A stretch of 64,000 bases of DNA from Methanomassiliicoccales archaeon (GTDB taxonomy: Archaea > Thermoplasmatota > Thermoplasmata > Methanomassiliicoccales > UBA472): NCBI GenBank assembly GCA_013415865.1, contig CP058896.1, forward strand, positions 1,744,316 through 1,808,315, given 5' to 3'. This document shows, piece by piece, positions 1-9,686 of the stretch; the stretch's first letter is position 1; each line of letters begins with the position of its first letter. The notes under the pieces were generated by a model that worked only from the letters and a program-made list of their open reading frames with translations, did no database searches and had not been told where the DNA came from. The translations under genes and the position numbers were made by a program.

Positions 1-21
1 GCTCCGTATCGATGGGCCAGG

Positions 22-570
22 TTGCGAGATCTGCCTGAGATGCATCGAAAAGAACGGATCGATCCTTGTCCAGGTGATGATTTGATAGAGTTCTTTCTCT
101 CCAAATTCTGGGCGGTTGTTTGCGGGATGATCATTCTCGGAGCAGCAACAACCTCGATAAGCAATCTAGAGACGGCATCTGACGAGCGCTTTGATAATGT
201 CACATTCTCTTCTTTGGTCGAAGAGATTAACTCCTTCGTGGAGCTGGAGGGAAGCGCCAAGATTGTTATTCAATTGGGCCGCCTGCTCGAAGGACCAAAC
301 ACCATCATCAAGATAATGAAAGGCGGGATCGTACTATATGATGAAGGCAGGTCAAAAGGAGCGATAATACCATCATCCATCATAATTTTGGATGGGGAAG
401 GCAATGAGATTCCCAACGGTTCATCATTAATCGTACAAAAGGGACAATGCATTGTCATTCAGAAGGATGAGCATAGCCAAGTGGTCACATTAAGAGTTCA
501 GGATGCGAACGTCTCGACGACCTTCTTCACGGAATCTACGAATATATCGCAGTCTTTCTCATCATTATAG
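22..570 (+). CDS. hypothetical protein with one N-terminal hydrophobic helix
   Basis: 182-codon ORF. A hydrophobic stretch FWAVVCGMIILGAATT is followed by beta-rich, Ile/Ser/Gly-rich sequence. No motif recognised. The 3' end overlaps the convergent sufS-like gene by 73 nt, so the extent is uncertain. Confidence 0.35.
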   Translation: MRDLPEMHRKERIDPCPGDDLIEFFLSKFWAVVCGMIILGAATTSISNLETASDERFDNVTFSSLVEEINSFVELEGSAKIVIQLGRLLEGPNTIIKIMKGGIVLYDEGRSKGAIIPSSIIILDGEGNEIPNGSSLIVQKGQCIVIQKDEHSQVVTLRVQDANVSTTFFTESTNISQSFSSL

Positions 571-1706
571 AGATACAGGGAGGCTCTGGCACATCCATCG
601 ATCCCCCTTGATGCAAAGTAGGGGTGAGCACAATGATTTCCAGATCTGATCAATATCCTCGACATTTCATCGAGCAGCATGGCCACATCATGGGATCTCA
701 ATCCTTTGATATTGAATGAAAAAATACATCCTCTCTTCTCTGCCTGATAGGGCCTGAGGATCTCAACCTCCGGTATGTCCTTCAATCCAGATGTGATCCT
801 TTCATTCAATTTTCTTGAATGGGATGCAACCTCATCCATCCCAACCTCCCTAAGGTACTTTATAGCTGCACCAGATCCGATTATCCCAGCGTAGTTCAGG
901 AGTCCGGCCTCGAATTTCTCTGGTGGCGGCAAGGATGTCTCGCTATCATATGTGGTCTCAAGTACACTTCCTCCTCCCGACATCAAAGGACGAAGGTCCC
1001 TAAGAACCTCCTCGTTTCCATATAAGATGCCCATGCCAGAAGGACCAAGCATCTTGTGCATCGACATACAGAACACATCGATGTCCATCGCCTCCATATC
1101 GACCTTCATATGTGGTGCGGACTGAGCTCCGTCAACCACCATCAGGGCACCATTGTCATGTGCTATCTCAGCGATCTCTTTGATAGGGACGGTCACACCG
1201 TTGACATTGTTGGTATGGACCATGCTGACGACCTTGACCGACCTGTCCATAACGGATTTGAAGGATTCGATATCAAACGTCCCATCATCTTTTGACCTGG
1301 AAAATCTTCTTTTTATGCCAATCATCCTCTGGAGGTCTAACCAAGGGACATGGTTGCTGTTGTGCTCGATATCGCTCGTCACAACGATATCACCTTTTTT
1401 CAGCCGCAGGCCCTTCGCGACCGTGTTCAGCGACTCCGTGCAGCTCTTGGTGAAGACGATCTCTGAAGGCGAGGCCGCCCCGATGAAATCCGCTATGCTT
1501 TCTCGCGCCTCATCTATCTTGAACGAGACCTGCGTCGCGAGCCTATGGACGCTCCTTCCTGAGCACGCTGGATAATCGTAATAATATTCGTCCATAGCCT
1601 CCACGACCTGTCTTGGTCTCAAGCTCTGGCACGCTGAGTCAAGATATACGATCCTCGGCTCTGACTGGAGGACCTTGAAATCCTTTCGGATCTTTGCAAC
1701 GTCCAT
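498..1706 (-). CDS. sufS: cysteine desulfurase, SufS/CsdA-type (class V aminotransferase)
   Basis: PLP-lysine region SMHKMLGPSGMGILYG and catalytic-Cys motif RSGNHCAHP near the C-terminus. The likely start is MDVAKIRKDF; the ORF track extends to 1733. Confidence 0.85.
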   Translation of the reverse strand: MDVAKIRKDFKVLQSEPRIVYLDSACQSLRPRQVVEAMDEYYYDYPACSGRSVHRLATQVSFKIDEARESIADFIGAASPSEIVFTKSCTESLNTVAKGLRLKKGDIVVTSDIEHNSNHVPWLDLQRMIGIKRRFSRSKDDGTFDIESFKSVMDRSVKVVSMVHTNNVNGVTVPIKEIAEIAHDNGALMVVDGAQSAPHMKVDMEAMDIDVFCMSMHKMLGPSGMGILYGNEEVLRDLRPLMSGGGSVLETTYDSETSLPPPEKFEAGLLNYAGIIGSGAAIKYLREVGMDEVASHSRKLNERITSGLKDIPEVEILRPYQAEKRGCIFSFNIKGLRSHDVAMLLDEMSRILIRSGNHCAHPYFASRGIDGCARASLYLYNDEKDCDIFVDSVKKVVETFAS

Positions 1707-2129
1707 GTTAGCCATCCTTGAAGCATGCGCCATTGTATTTCATATTTACTTGTCTACATGTTCAAGGTGGTTTAGATAGTTTGAAACGGCCGTATCACGA
1801 CAAAAGCAGCGATGGCGTTCAAAGTAGGAATTAATGGTATCCTATGTGATCCATGACCTACAATAAGGAAAGGTAAGCGTCCAAATGGAAAAATGGATGC
1901 ATTCTCCGGGAGAACAGGTCCTGTGCGGTCTGCAGTTGTGCCTATAAAAAAAGAGAGGTTCTGTTTCACATGCCACGAGTTTCCGTGTAAGACCATCGAG
2001 GAGAGGCCGGTACTGCTCGGGTATTGCGATTTCATATCTGGAAGATCTGAGCGAGGATTTTGACCGTGAGAGCATCTTCAAATTATTTAGATATAGACCT
2101 GTCTACGTTATCCATTAGAAGGCGCTCGC

Positions 2130-3272
2130 TTGACATCTGTGTATTTCGACAACAGCGCAACGACCATGGTCGATGAAAGGGTAATAAAGGTCATGGACCG
2201 CTTCCACTTGGTTTCTTATGGGAACGCCAGTAGTATGCACAAGATGGGATTGGAGGCCGGTGAGGCCCTGGACCAAGCAAGGAGGTCGGTTGCACGTGCG
2301 ATCGGTGGGACAGCACGCGAGATTGTTTTCACATCCGGGGGAACAGAGGCCGACAACCTCGCGTTGATGGGTTACTCTTTAGCCAATAAAGAAAGAGGGA
2401 AGCACATCATCACTTCCTGCATAGAGCATCACGCTGTCCTGAGGACATGTGAGCATCTTCAGACCCTCGGTTTCGAAGTAACCTACCTGCCCGTGACGCC
2501 AGAAGGTCAGGTCAGACCAGAGGATCTCGAGAGGGCGATCCGTCAAGACACCATAATTGTCTCTATCATGTCGGCGAACAACGAGATAGGGACGATCCAA
2601 AATATCAGGGAGATCGGAGCCATAACAAGGTCCAGGGCCATAGCTTTCCATACTGATGCGGTCCAATCCATCTGTAAGCAGAATTTGCATGTTGTCAAGG
2701 ACAATATTGATATGCTGTCCATCAGTGCACACAAGTTCCATGGGCCCAAGGGAGTTGGGGCGTTGTTCGTCCGGAAAGGATTAAGGATATCTCCCATAAT
2801 CTTCGGCGGAGGGCAGGAAAGAGGGTTGAGGTCTTCGACCGAGAACGTGCCTGGGATAGTCGGGATGGCCAAGGCGATAGATGTCGGAATGGAAGAGATG
2901 GAGGATTCGGTAAAAAGAATGAGGGAGATGAGGGACCTCATCATAGAGGGCTGTCTTTCCTATGTCAAAGGCGCTATGCTTAACGGTCATCAGACGGAGC
3001 GCCTTTGCAACAACGCCCATTTCTGCTTCAAAGACCTCGAGGGGGAGTCTTTGGTCCTTATGCTGTCATCAGAGGGGTTCATGACCTCGACAGGTTCTGC
3101 ATGCTCATCGAGGTCCCTTGAGCCTTCTCATGTATTGAAGGCATTGGGGCTGAGGAACGATCAGGCCAGAGGGTCCCTGAGGGTGTCCCTCTCAAAATTC
3201 AACACCATGGACCAGGCGAAAGAGTTTGTCGACATCCTTCCGGAAATTGTAGAGAGGGTCAGAAAGCTTTGA
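2130..3272 (+). CDS. nifS: cysteine desulfurase, NifS/IscS-type
   Basis: N-terminus VYFDNSATT, PLP site SISAHKFHGPKGVGALF, active-site loop STGSACSS. Starts at TTG 2130 or GTG 2139. Confidence 0.9.
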   Translation: MTSVYFDNSATTMVDERVIKVMDRFHLVSYGNASSMHKMGLEAGEALDQARRSVARAIGGTAREIVFTSGGTEADNLALMGYSLANKERGKHIITSCIEHHAVLRTCEHLQTLGFEVTYLPVTPEGQVRPEDLERAIRQDTIIVSIMSANNEIGTIQNIREIGAITRSRAIAFHTDAVQSICKQNLHVVKDNIDMLSISAHKFHGPKGVGALFVRKGLRISPIIFGGGQERGLRSSTENVPGIVGMAKAIDVGMEEMEDSVKRMREMRDLIIEGCLSYVKGAMLNGHQTERLCNNAHFCFKDLEGESLVLMLSSEGFMTSTGSACSSRSLEPSHVLKALGLRNDQARGSLRVSLSKFNTMDQAKEFVDILPEIVERVRKL

Positions 3273-3332
3273 GATGAAACATTAGTTTGAACGCGACATA
3301 ATTATTATCAGCAAACCCATCACCAATGTCCG

Positions 3333-4247
3333 ATGAAAGGATTGAGGACTGTCTTGGCGGGAGTGACGTTGGGCAACCCTACAATGCTCGCCTCTGGAAT
3401 GATGGGAGAGACCGGTGCATCCCTGGCCAAGGCTGCGATGTCGGGAGCAGGGGCCGTGGTCACGAAGTCAGTGGGGCTTGAGCCGAGAGAAGGTTACAAG
3501 AACCCTACGCTCTACGAGGCGGATGGATATTACATAAATGCGATGGGACTTCCCAACCCAGGCATCAGGCTTTTCAAGGAAGAGATGAGAGAGGCGGTAT
3601 CATCTGGGGTACCTGTCTTCGGAAGTGTTTTCGCCTCAAGCATTAAGGATTTCGTTACTGTGGCATCTAACATGGAAGAGATCGGAGCGAGCGCCATCGA
3701 GCTTAATCTGAGCTGCCCTCACGCGAAGGGGTACGGCATGGAGATGGGCATAGATCCTGAGATGGTCCACGATATCGTCAGAGAGGTCAAGGGGTCTCTG
3801 AAGGTACCGGTCTTTGCAAAATTGACGCCGAACACCCACAGTCTGATCGAGGTGGGTCAGGCCGTCGAAAGGGCGGGGGGAGATGGTGTCGTCGCCATCA
3901 ACACCGTCAAGGCCATTGCGATCAGTGTTGAGTTCAGAAGACCAGTGCTCTCGAATATTTATGGTGGCCTGAGCGGACCTGCCGTCAAACCTATCGGGCT
4001 GAGGAGCGTGTATGACCTTTATGATAACATCGACATACCGATCATTGGTGTAGGGGGAATAGATGATTGGCGGGACGCGATGGAGTACATAATGGCAGGC
4101 GCGAAGGCCGTCCAGATCGGCTCCGCGATAGGCAAAAAGGGCATGACGGTATTTTCCGAGATAACCTCTGGCATGCTACGCTATATGGAACATAATGACG
4201 TTAGGGAGATCTCGGACCTGGTGGGGGTGGCCCATGAACGGAAATGA
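3333..4247 (+). CDS. pyrD: dihydroorotate dehydrogenase 1B, catalytic subunit
   Basis: Family motifs LNLSCPH, GGLSGPAVKPIGLR and IIGVGGI. Followed by an overlapping pyrK. Confidence 0.9.
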   Translation: MKGLRTVLAGVTLGNPTMLASGMMGETGASLAKAAMSGAGAVVTKSVGLEPREGYKNPTLYEADGYYINAMGLPNPGIRLFKEEMREAVSSGVPVFGSVFASSIKDFVTVASNMEEIGASAIELNLSCPHAKGYGMEMGIDPEMVHDIVREVKGSLKVPVFAKLTPNTHSLIEVGQAVERAGGDGVVAINTVKAIAISVEFRRPVLSNIYGGLSGPAVKPIGLRSVYDLYDNIDIPIIGVGGIDDWRDAMEYIMAGAKAVQIGSAIGKKGMTVFSEITSGMLRYMEHNDVREISDLVGVAHERK

Positions 4248-5010
4248 GGTCGTAAGGGTCATTGACAAGGTGAGCGAGGGGAGGGGGATCACAACGCTCA
4301 GGTTCGAGCTAGACAGGACCGTGCGTCCAGGCCAGTTCTTCATGGTATGGGTCCCTGGGGTCGACGAGGTGCCCATGTCCGCCTCTTATATCGGCAAGCT
4401 CAAAGGGATTACCGTCAGAGAGGTCGGCGAGGCGACCAAGGCCCTCAGCTCGGTCAAGGTCGGGGAAATGATCGGGATACGGGGACCATATGGCAGGGGC
4501 TTCATGCAGCCGGCGGGACGATACCTCGTGGTGGGGGGAGGGACGGGCATAGCAGCCGTCCTTCCGGCCATCGAGATGTCCAAGGACAGGAGCATCGTTG
4601 ATGTCGCTCTGGGGGCGAGGACCTCTTCAGAGCTGATCTTCGAGGAGAGGGCAAGGAAGGCCTCCGACCATGTGATGGTATCAACGGACGATGGGAGCAA
4701 AGGACACCATGGAACGGTCGTGTCGTTGGTGGACGAGATGTTGTCAAAGAGGTCATACTCTCAGCTGATCGCCTGTGGGCCTGAGAAGATGCTGTTCTAT
4801 CTTCTTGAGGTATGCAAAAAACATGGCGTGGAGAGCCAAATGTCTCTTGAAAGGTTCATGAAATGTGGTTCAGGCCTCTGCGGCTCCTGCGTCATCGATG
4901 GCAGAAGGGTATGCGCCGACGGCCCTGTCTTCCTGGGAAGAGAGATAGACGAGATGAAGGAGTTCGGCAGGAGCAAGAGGGACGAGGCAGGCCGTTCGGT
5001 CCCACTATGA
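4234..5010 (+). CDS. pyrK: dihydroorotate dehydrogenase electron-transfer subunit
   Basis: FAD/NAD-binding fold (VGGGTGIAAV) and C-terminal 2Fe-2S motif CGSGLCGSCV...C. ATG 4234 overlaps the pyrD end by 14 nt. Confidence 0.85.
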   Translation: MNGNEVVRVIDKVSEGRGITTLRFELDRTVRPGQFFMVWVPGVDEVPMSASYIGKLKGITVREVGEATKALSSVKVGEMIGIRGPYGRGFMQPAGRYLVVGGGTGIAAVLPAIEMSKDRSIVDVALGARTSSELIFEERARKASDHVMVSTDDGSKGHHGTVVSLVDEMLSKRSYSQLIACGPEKMLFYLLEVCKKHGVESQMSLERFMKCGSGLCGSCVIDGRRVCADGPVFLGREIDEMKEFGRSKRDEAGRSVPL

Positions 5011-6174
5011 CCTTGTCTTGTCAAGGACCATGATGACGATCTGCTTGAACTCGTCATCGCTCACCCTCCCCTTCTTTTCTCCCAGATTCTTGACCTCGTT
5101 GAGGATGCGTGATAGCTGGTTGTCAGAGGCCTTCAGCCCAAGGTCCTCGACGCGTTTCTTCACATAGGTGAGGCCAGTGTGCTTGCCCATGAGGATATGT
5201 CTCCTGTTACCGACGGCCTCGGGAGGTATGCTCTCATAAGTCAATGGACACTCCAATATCGCAGCTACATGTATTCCCGATTCATGCGCGAAAACGTTCG
5301 GGCCTACCAAAGGTTGGTTCCTTGGCCTTGGTAGCCGGGAGTACTCCGCGACCAGATCGCAGAGCTGGGTCAGCTTTGAACAATCGATGCCAAGGTCGCA
5401 TCCGTACACGAATTTCATCACTGGCGCGAACTGCTCCAATGGAAGGTTGCCGGCCCTTTCCCCTATACCATTGACGGTGGTGGTCAAAGCGGTGGCACCG
5501 GCCTTGACCCCCGCGATGGCGTTTGCCAGCACAAGTCCATAATCATTATGCAGGTGCAGACCGATGGGGACCTTCACTGCCTTCCTCACCTCCGAGACGA
5601 TGTGAAAGATCGCCTCAGGGGACGCGCATCCAACTGTATCTGTCACACCTATCCTTGCCGCACCCGCCTCTTCCGCTTTTTTATATATCTGGATGAGAAA
5701 GTCAAGGTCAGTCCTTGTGCTGTCCTCTGCACTTAGAGAGGCCTTCACACCTCTTTCATGACAATAGTCGAGACCTTCTTGGACCTTCTCCAATAAGAAC
5801 TCCCTTGGTTTCTTGAACTTGTACTTCAAATGGATGTCGGATGTGGCTATGAACAGTAGGACCATATCCACGCCAGCATCGACGCAGCAATCGATATCCC
5901 CCTTTGTGATCCTTGAGAGGGTCAATATGTCCGCATCTAATCCCAGTGAGCATATCTCCTTGACCGTCCTTTGCTCGCTCTCGCATACAGCTGGAAACCC
6001 TGCCTCTATCTGATGGACCCCGATATCGTCAAGCTTTTCCGCGATCTCGATCTTCTGGTCCTGTGAGAAGGCCATGCCCGGCGTCTGTTCACCGTCCCTC
6101 AGGGTAGAATCATAGATGATGACGTCCTTGGCCTCGATCTTCGGGTTGTAAGGGCTCAACGCTATCTGTTGCAT
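5005..6174 (-). CDS. homocitrate / 2-isopropylmalate synthase family enzyme (short AksA/NifV-like form, no LeuA regulatory domain)
   Basis: HMGL-like motifs DSTLRDGEQ and HLHNDYGL..AN; about 390 aa. Start inferred at MQQIAL. The substrate cannot be called from sequence. Confidence 0.8.
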   Translation of the reverse strand: MQQIALSPYNPKIEAKDVIIYDSTLRDGEQTPGMAFSQDQKIEIAEKLDDIGVHQIEAGFPAVCESEQRTVKEICSLGLDADILTLSRITKGDIDCCVDAGVDMVLLFIATSDIHLKYKFKKPREFLLEKVQEGLDYCHERGVKASLSAEDSTRTDLDFLIQIYKKAEEAGAARIGVTDTVGCASPEAIFHIVSEVRKAVKVPIGLHLHNDYGLVLANAIAGVKAGATALTTTVNGIGERAGNLPLEQFAPVMKFVYGCDLGIDCSKLTQLCDLVAEYSRLPRPRNQPLVGPNVFAHESGIHVAAILECPLTYESIPPEAVGNRRHILMGKHTGLTYVKKRVEDLGLKASDNQLSRILNEVKNLGEKKGRVSDDEFKQIVIMVLDKTRS

Positions 6175-6255
6175 CGCACCGTCTAACCTGTACAGGGATA
6201 GATAAGCCTTGCCGAGGGAAAAGAAATTATCGCCGAAGAACATCTGGCGGATGAT

Positions 6256-6696
6256 ATGTCATCCCGCTCCACGTTCTTCAAGGTACAGCACGGGAAGATG
6301 GAAGTGAATGTGCCTTTCAAACTTTTTGAACCCGGTACCACGACCATCAGACCGACCGAGGCCGAGAAATTGAGGAAGCTCTTGAGGTCCCAGTATCCTT
6401 GGCTCTCAGACAATGCAGTGGATGTGATCCTTGTCAACGCCAAGGAAGAGATGGCAAGGATACTTGATTCAGGTAAGACTGCGGCCGACCGGGCCAGGGA
6501 TATGATACAAAAGGGCGAGCTGGAGAAGGCCTTGGGATTCCTTGAGGCACATCTCTTTATCAACGAGGACGACATCGACGCATGGTACCTCTGCGCTGAG
6601 GCCCTCATGAGGCTTGGCAAGAAGGATGAAGGGTTCGAGGCCATGCGCCATGCACGATCACTGGCTGAGAAGAAGGGGAAGATCGTACGAAGATGA
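6256..6696 (+). CDS. hypothetical protein with a TPR-like helical C-terminus
   Basis: 146-codon ORF. The C-terminal sequence AWYLCAEALMRLGKKDEGFEAMRHARSLAEKKG resembles one TPR unit. Confidence 0.4.
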   Translation: MSSRSTFFKVQHGKMEVNVPFKLFEPGTTTIRPTEAEKLRKLLRSQYPWLSDNAVDVILVNAKEEMARILDSGKTAADRARDMIQKGELEKALGFLEAHLFINEDDIDAWYLCAEALMRLGKKDEGFEAMRHARSLAEKKGKIVRR

Positions 6697-6701
6697 CGGT
6701 C

Positions 6702-7583
6702 TCATCTTTCAAAGAGCGCCCTGACCCCTCCCGCAACATCCTGGACCGTCGCCCCCCAAGGAACCGATGCGATGTTGCCTGAGATCTCATGGCCCTCCTT
6801 CACCTTGCAGCACTTGATCATGGTCGGGGTACCATCGTCCACAACGAGGTTCTTAGGGCAGATGTCTATGCAGGGGGCATCTCGGCCATAGACCGACCTG
6901 AAGATCCTCCTTGACAGGTCGCATCCTATGAGCGTGACATCTCCTTCAACAGCAGGGGTCTCATCCAGGTAATAGATCCTCTTTGAAGAGAAAAGGCCCG
7001 ATGCTCTGCACGGGAACATGACAGCATCCGTCTTTACAAGCCCCTCTTTCTGATTGAGGTCGATGTCAACCTGTTCGATGATGATGGGCAGTTCGACAAG
7101 CCCTGAGGACATGGCCTTTCGGACCAGGACCGAGAGCTTCGATGGGGTCGGTGGCACGACGTCGACCACCCTTAGGGTGAGCAGCTCATCCGCATGAAGG
7201 AATGAAACATGATTGAACATCCCTGAGACCACGACAGTAAGACCTCCATTTTCTTTGACCAGCTCGGCGAGCTCGGAAACATTGAGGACGTCGACACGTT
7301 CATCTTTTATGTATACAGTGTCCTTGGGGAGCGATATGACCTCGATGGAGGTTATTGGTCGGAATAGTTCCTTGCCTGGCCTCTTCAAGACCCTGACCAC
7401 GGCGACATTGTTCCCGTTCTTCAGCACCATGAACTCCGTCCTGGTGTAGGCGCTCTTCCCCTCCGCCATGGCCGTTATGTTCTCCATGGTAAGTTCGAAC
7501 TCCACCTCTCTGAAGGAGACATCTTTGCAGTGGTCGGGCATCATCAGGACCAGAACCGGTCCCCGATAATAAATATCATTCAT
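6702..7583 (-). CDS. conserved-looking hypothetical protein
   Basis: 293-codon ORF with normal composition and a Cys-containing C-terminus (CIDICP..KCCK). No family recognised. Confidence 0.5.
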   Translation of the reverse strand: MNDIYYRGPVLVLMMPDHCKDVSFREVEFELTMENITAMAEGKSAYTRTEFMVLKNGNNVAVVRVLKRPGKELFRPITSIEVISLPKDTVYIKDERVDVLNVSELAELVKENGGLTVVVSGMFNHVSFLHADELLTLRVVDVVPPTPSKLSVLVRKAMSSGLVELPIIIEQVDIDLNQKEGLVKTDAVMFPCRASGLFSSKRIYYLDETPAVEGDVTLIGCDLSRRIFRSVYGRDAPCIDICPKNLVVDDGTPTMIKCCKVKEGHEISGNIASVPWGATVQDVAGGVRALFER

Positions 7584-7654
7584 CGTGGATTGTAGGAAAG
7601 ACGGGACAAGTGTGATAATCTAGCACGACCATTCTGACCAGGCCGGGATGGGAT

Positions 7655-8575
7655 ATGTCAGAGGATCTTCAGGTCAGCGTCAGTACGATCAGGGAACGGT
7701 TGTTCACAGAAAGGCTCAGGGCTTTGCATCCTGAGGGCCTGAGCGCTTTTGAGGCTATGAAGCCCAGGTCCAGGTCAAAGTACATAGAGGACAATTGGGC
7801 CAGAATGTTCCCTCCTGTCGACCTCGCTCTCAGGAAGGTGGTCACGGGCCCGATCAAGCGTCTTGTAACGAAGGCGATGGGACCGGATGCCGATGAGGTG
7901 ATGCGCTCTCATTGGGAACCTCAGATCAAGGCCAAGATGCACAACACATTCGAGTTCTACATCATAATGCTCAGGTTCCATTCGTTCGCCAGGGCCAGCC
8001 TGGAAGAGCAGAGCAGGCTCCTTCTGAACTACTACCTGCTGCTGGTGGAAGGCGTCTATGCTGCACAGGTGAACCTCATATGCTATCTTTTGTCAAGAAC
8101 AGGGATCCCATATCGCTCTTCGAAGGCGATGTCGGAGCATAGCGCACCTGCCGGTTCTATGGGGGCCATCGAGGAGGACAGCCTTTGGAACAAGCTAAGA
8201 TTCATGGAGGATAATGGCCTCTCTTTTATGGTGGATGCATGCGACAGGCAGCTTCGTAACAGTGTGGCGCATCTGGATTTTATCGTATTCACGAACGGAT
8301 GTGTCGGCTATGGTGCGGGTCAACGAGGACCCAAGGTCATCAAGTATGAGGAGCTCGTGCATAAGGTGGAGGTCATGAAATCGATATCCGATGCCGTCAA
8401 CGAGGTCCTGGTCGAGGAGGTGACGGCCTGGCGCAAGGCCTCGAAGACCGTCCAGCAGAAGGCCGCGAAAAGACCGTCAAAGACAAAAAAAGAGATCAAG
8501 GACCCAGCCTCGGTCCTGAGGGCGGCAGCATTACAAAAGCCAAAGAAAAAGGATGAGGGAGAGGTCAGACTATAA
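7655..8575 (+). CDS. hypothetical helical protein with a HEPN-like R-x4-H motif and a Lys-rich tail
   Basis: 306-codon ORF. Contains LRNSVAHLDF (R201..H206, nt 8255-8272) in a predicted helical context, and the C-terminal tail KAAKRPSKTKKEIK..KPKKKDE. Confidence 0.5.
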   Translation: MSEDLQVSVSTIRERLFTERLRALHPEGLSAFEAMKPRSRSKYIEDNWARMFPPVDLALRKVVTGPIKRLVTKAMGPDADEVMRSHWEPQIKAKMHNTFEFYIIMLRFHSFARASLEEQSRLLLNYYLLLVEGVYAAQVNLICYLLSRTGIPYRSSKAMSEHSAPAGSMGAIEEDSLWNKLRFMEDNGLSFMVDACDRQLRNSVAHLDFIVFTNGCVGYGAGQRGPKVIKYEELVHKVEVMKSISDAVNEVLVEEVTAWRKASKTVQQKAAKRPSKTKKEIKDPASVLRAAALQKPKKKDEGEVRL

Positions 8576-8635
8576 AGCCCGAGAACCTTGTCCTTGGTCG
8601 GATAACTTGATATCTTACAATATGATTTAACGATA

Positions 8636-9523
8636 ATGAACAAGGGCCAAGTGGCCATCTTGGCCATGACGGGGGGCATAGTGGTCTTCATCATCAAGCT
8701 TGTCGCCTTCCTCGTCTCGGATTCCATAGCCCTTCTGTCCGATGCATTGGAGTCCATAATAAATATCGTCGCCTCGGGGATGTTGTTCGCTTCGATAAGG
8801 ATTGCAGAAAGACCTGCTGATAAGGAGCACCAGTTCGGACACCGTAAGGCAGAGAACATCTCATGTCTGATCGAAGGGATCTTGGTCCTGATGGCAGCGG
8901 TGTTCATCATCTATGCCAGCATCGGTAGATTGTTCAATCCGGTCACACTGAGAGATCTGGACCTGGCACTGCTCGTCTCTTTGTTCGCCACTGCTATCAA
9001 TGGCACCCTCTCATATGTTCTTGCCAGAGAATCACGAAGGACAGGATCGATCGCCCTCGAGGGGGATTCCAAGCATCTGTTGTCCGATGTCCTTTCCTCG
9101 TTGGGGGTGATTGTTGGATTGGCCATCGCTTCGTTCACCGGCCTCTTCTTCCTCGATTCCGTCCTTGCCTTCCTGGTCGGGGCCTTGATAATAAAGATGG
9201 GCTATGAGCTCATCAACAGGTCCTGCGGGGACCTCCTTGATATGCACTGCCCCTCTGTAGAGGAAAAGATAAGGGAGATCCTAGATAGGACCGATGGTCA
9301 CATCGAGTTCCATGAACTGAAGACAAGAAAGAGCGGGGACATGGTGTTCGTCACATTCCACCTTTGCGTCAATGGGGGGATGTCCGTCTACGAGTCGCAT
9401 GAGATAACGGAAAGGATCGAGAGCGAGCTGAAAAAGAGCTTCCCGGACCTCGAACTGACGATACATGTTGAGACCGAACACCAATCATGCCTTCATAAGA
9501 AAGGTCTGGACCCGGTCGAATGA
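8636..9523 (+). CDS. cation diffusion facilitator (CDF) metal efflux transporter
   Basis: TM2/TM5 metal-site motifs LLSDALESI and HLLSDVLSSLGV, plus a C-terminal cytoplasmic domain. Confidence 0.9.
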   Translation: MNKGQVAILAMTGGIVVFIIKLVAFLVSDSIALLSDALESIINIVASGMLFASIRIAERPADKEHQFGHRKAENISCLIEGILVLMAAVFIIYASIGRLFNPVTLRDLDLALLVSLFATAINGTLSYVLARESRRTGSIALEGDSKHLLSDVLSSLGVIVGLAIASFTGLFFLDSVLAFLVGALIIKMGYELINRSCGDLLDMHCPSVEEKIREILDRTDGHIEFHELKTRKSGDMVFVTFHLCVNGGMSVYESHEITERIESELKKSFPDLELTIHVETEHQSCLHKKGLDPVE

Positions 9524-9549
9524 TCTTAGTTCTCATCTTGGAATAAAGG

Positions 9550-9557
9550 TTTAATAT
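9550..9557 (+). promoter_or_regulatory. putative TATA box for tRNA-Cys
   Basis: TTTAATAT lies about 27 nt upstream of the tRNA 5' end, a typical archaeal spacing. Confidence 0.4.
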
Positions 9558-9582
9558 CTGGGATAGAATCAGCTACAACCAA

Positions 9583-9670
9583 GCCGGGATGACAGAGCGG
9601 CCATGTGGCAGACTGCAGCCCTAATGGCGGATATCTGCAGACCCGTGTTCAAATCGCGGTCCCGGCTCCA
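9583..9670 (+). tRNA. tRNA-Cys (GCA) with a 14-nt intron at 37/38
   Basis: Hand-folded. Acceptor GCCGGGA/TCCCGGC; anticodon stem GCAGA/TCTGC; loop CU-GCA-G[intron 9619..9632]A; T arm CCGTG-TTCAAAT-CGCGG; discriminator U73 (Cys identity base); encoded CCA. Confidence 0.9.
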
Positions 9671-9686
9671 ATTTTTCATCCAGGTC

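Noticed and set aside
8320-8910. 196-codon ORF on the minus strand bridging two genes
   Set aside because: It overlaps the 3' end of the HEPN-like ORF and the 5' end of the CDF transporter, both with better coding signatures. It has no motif.
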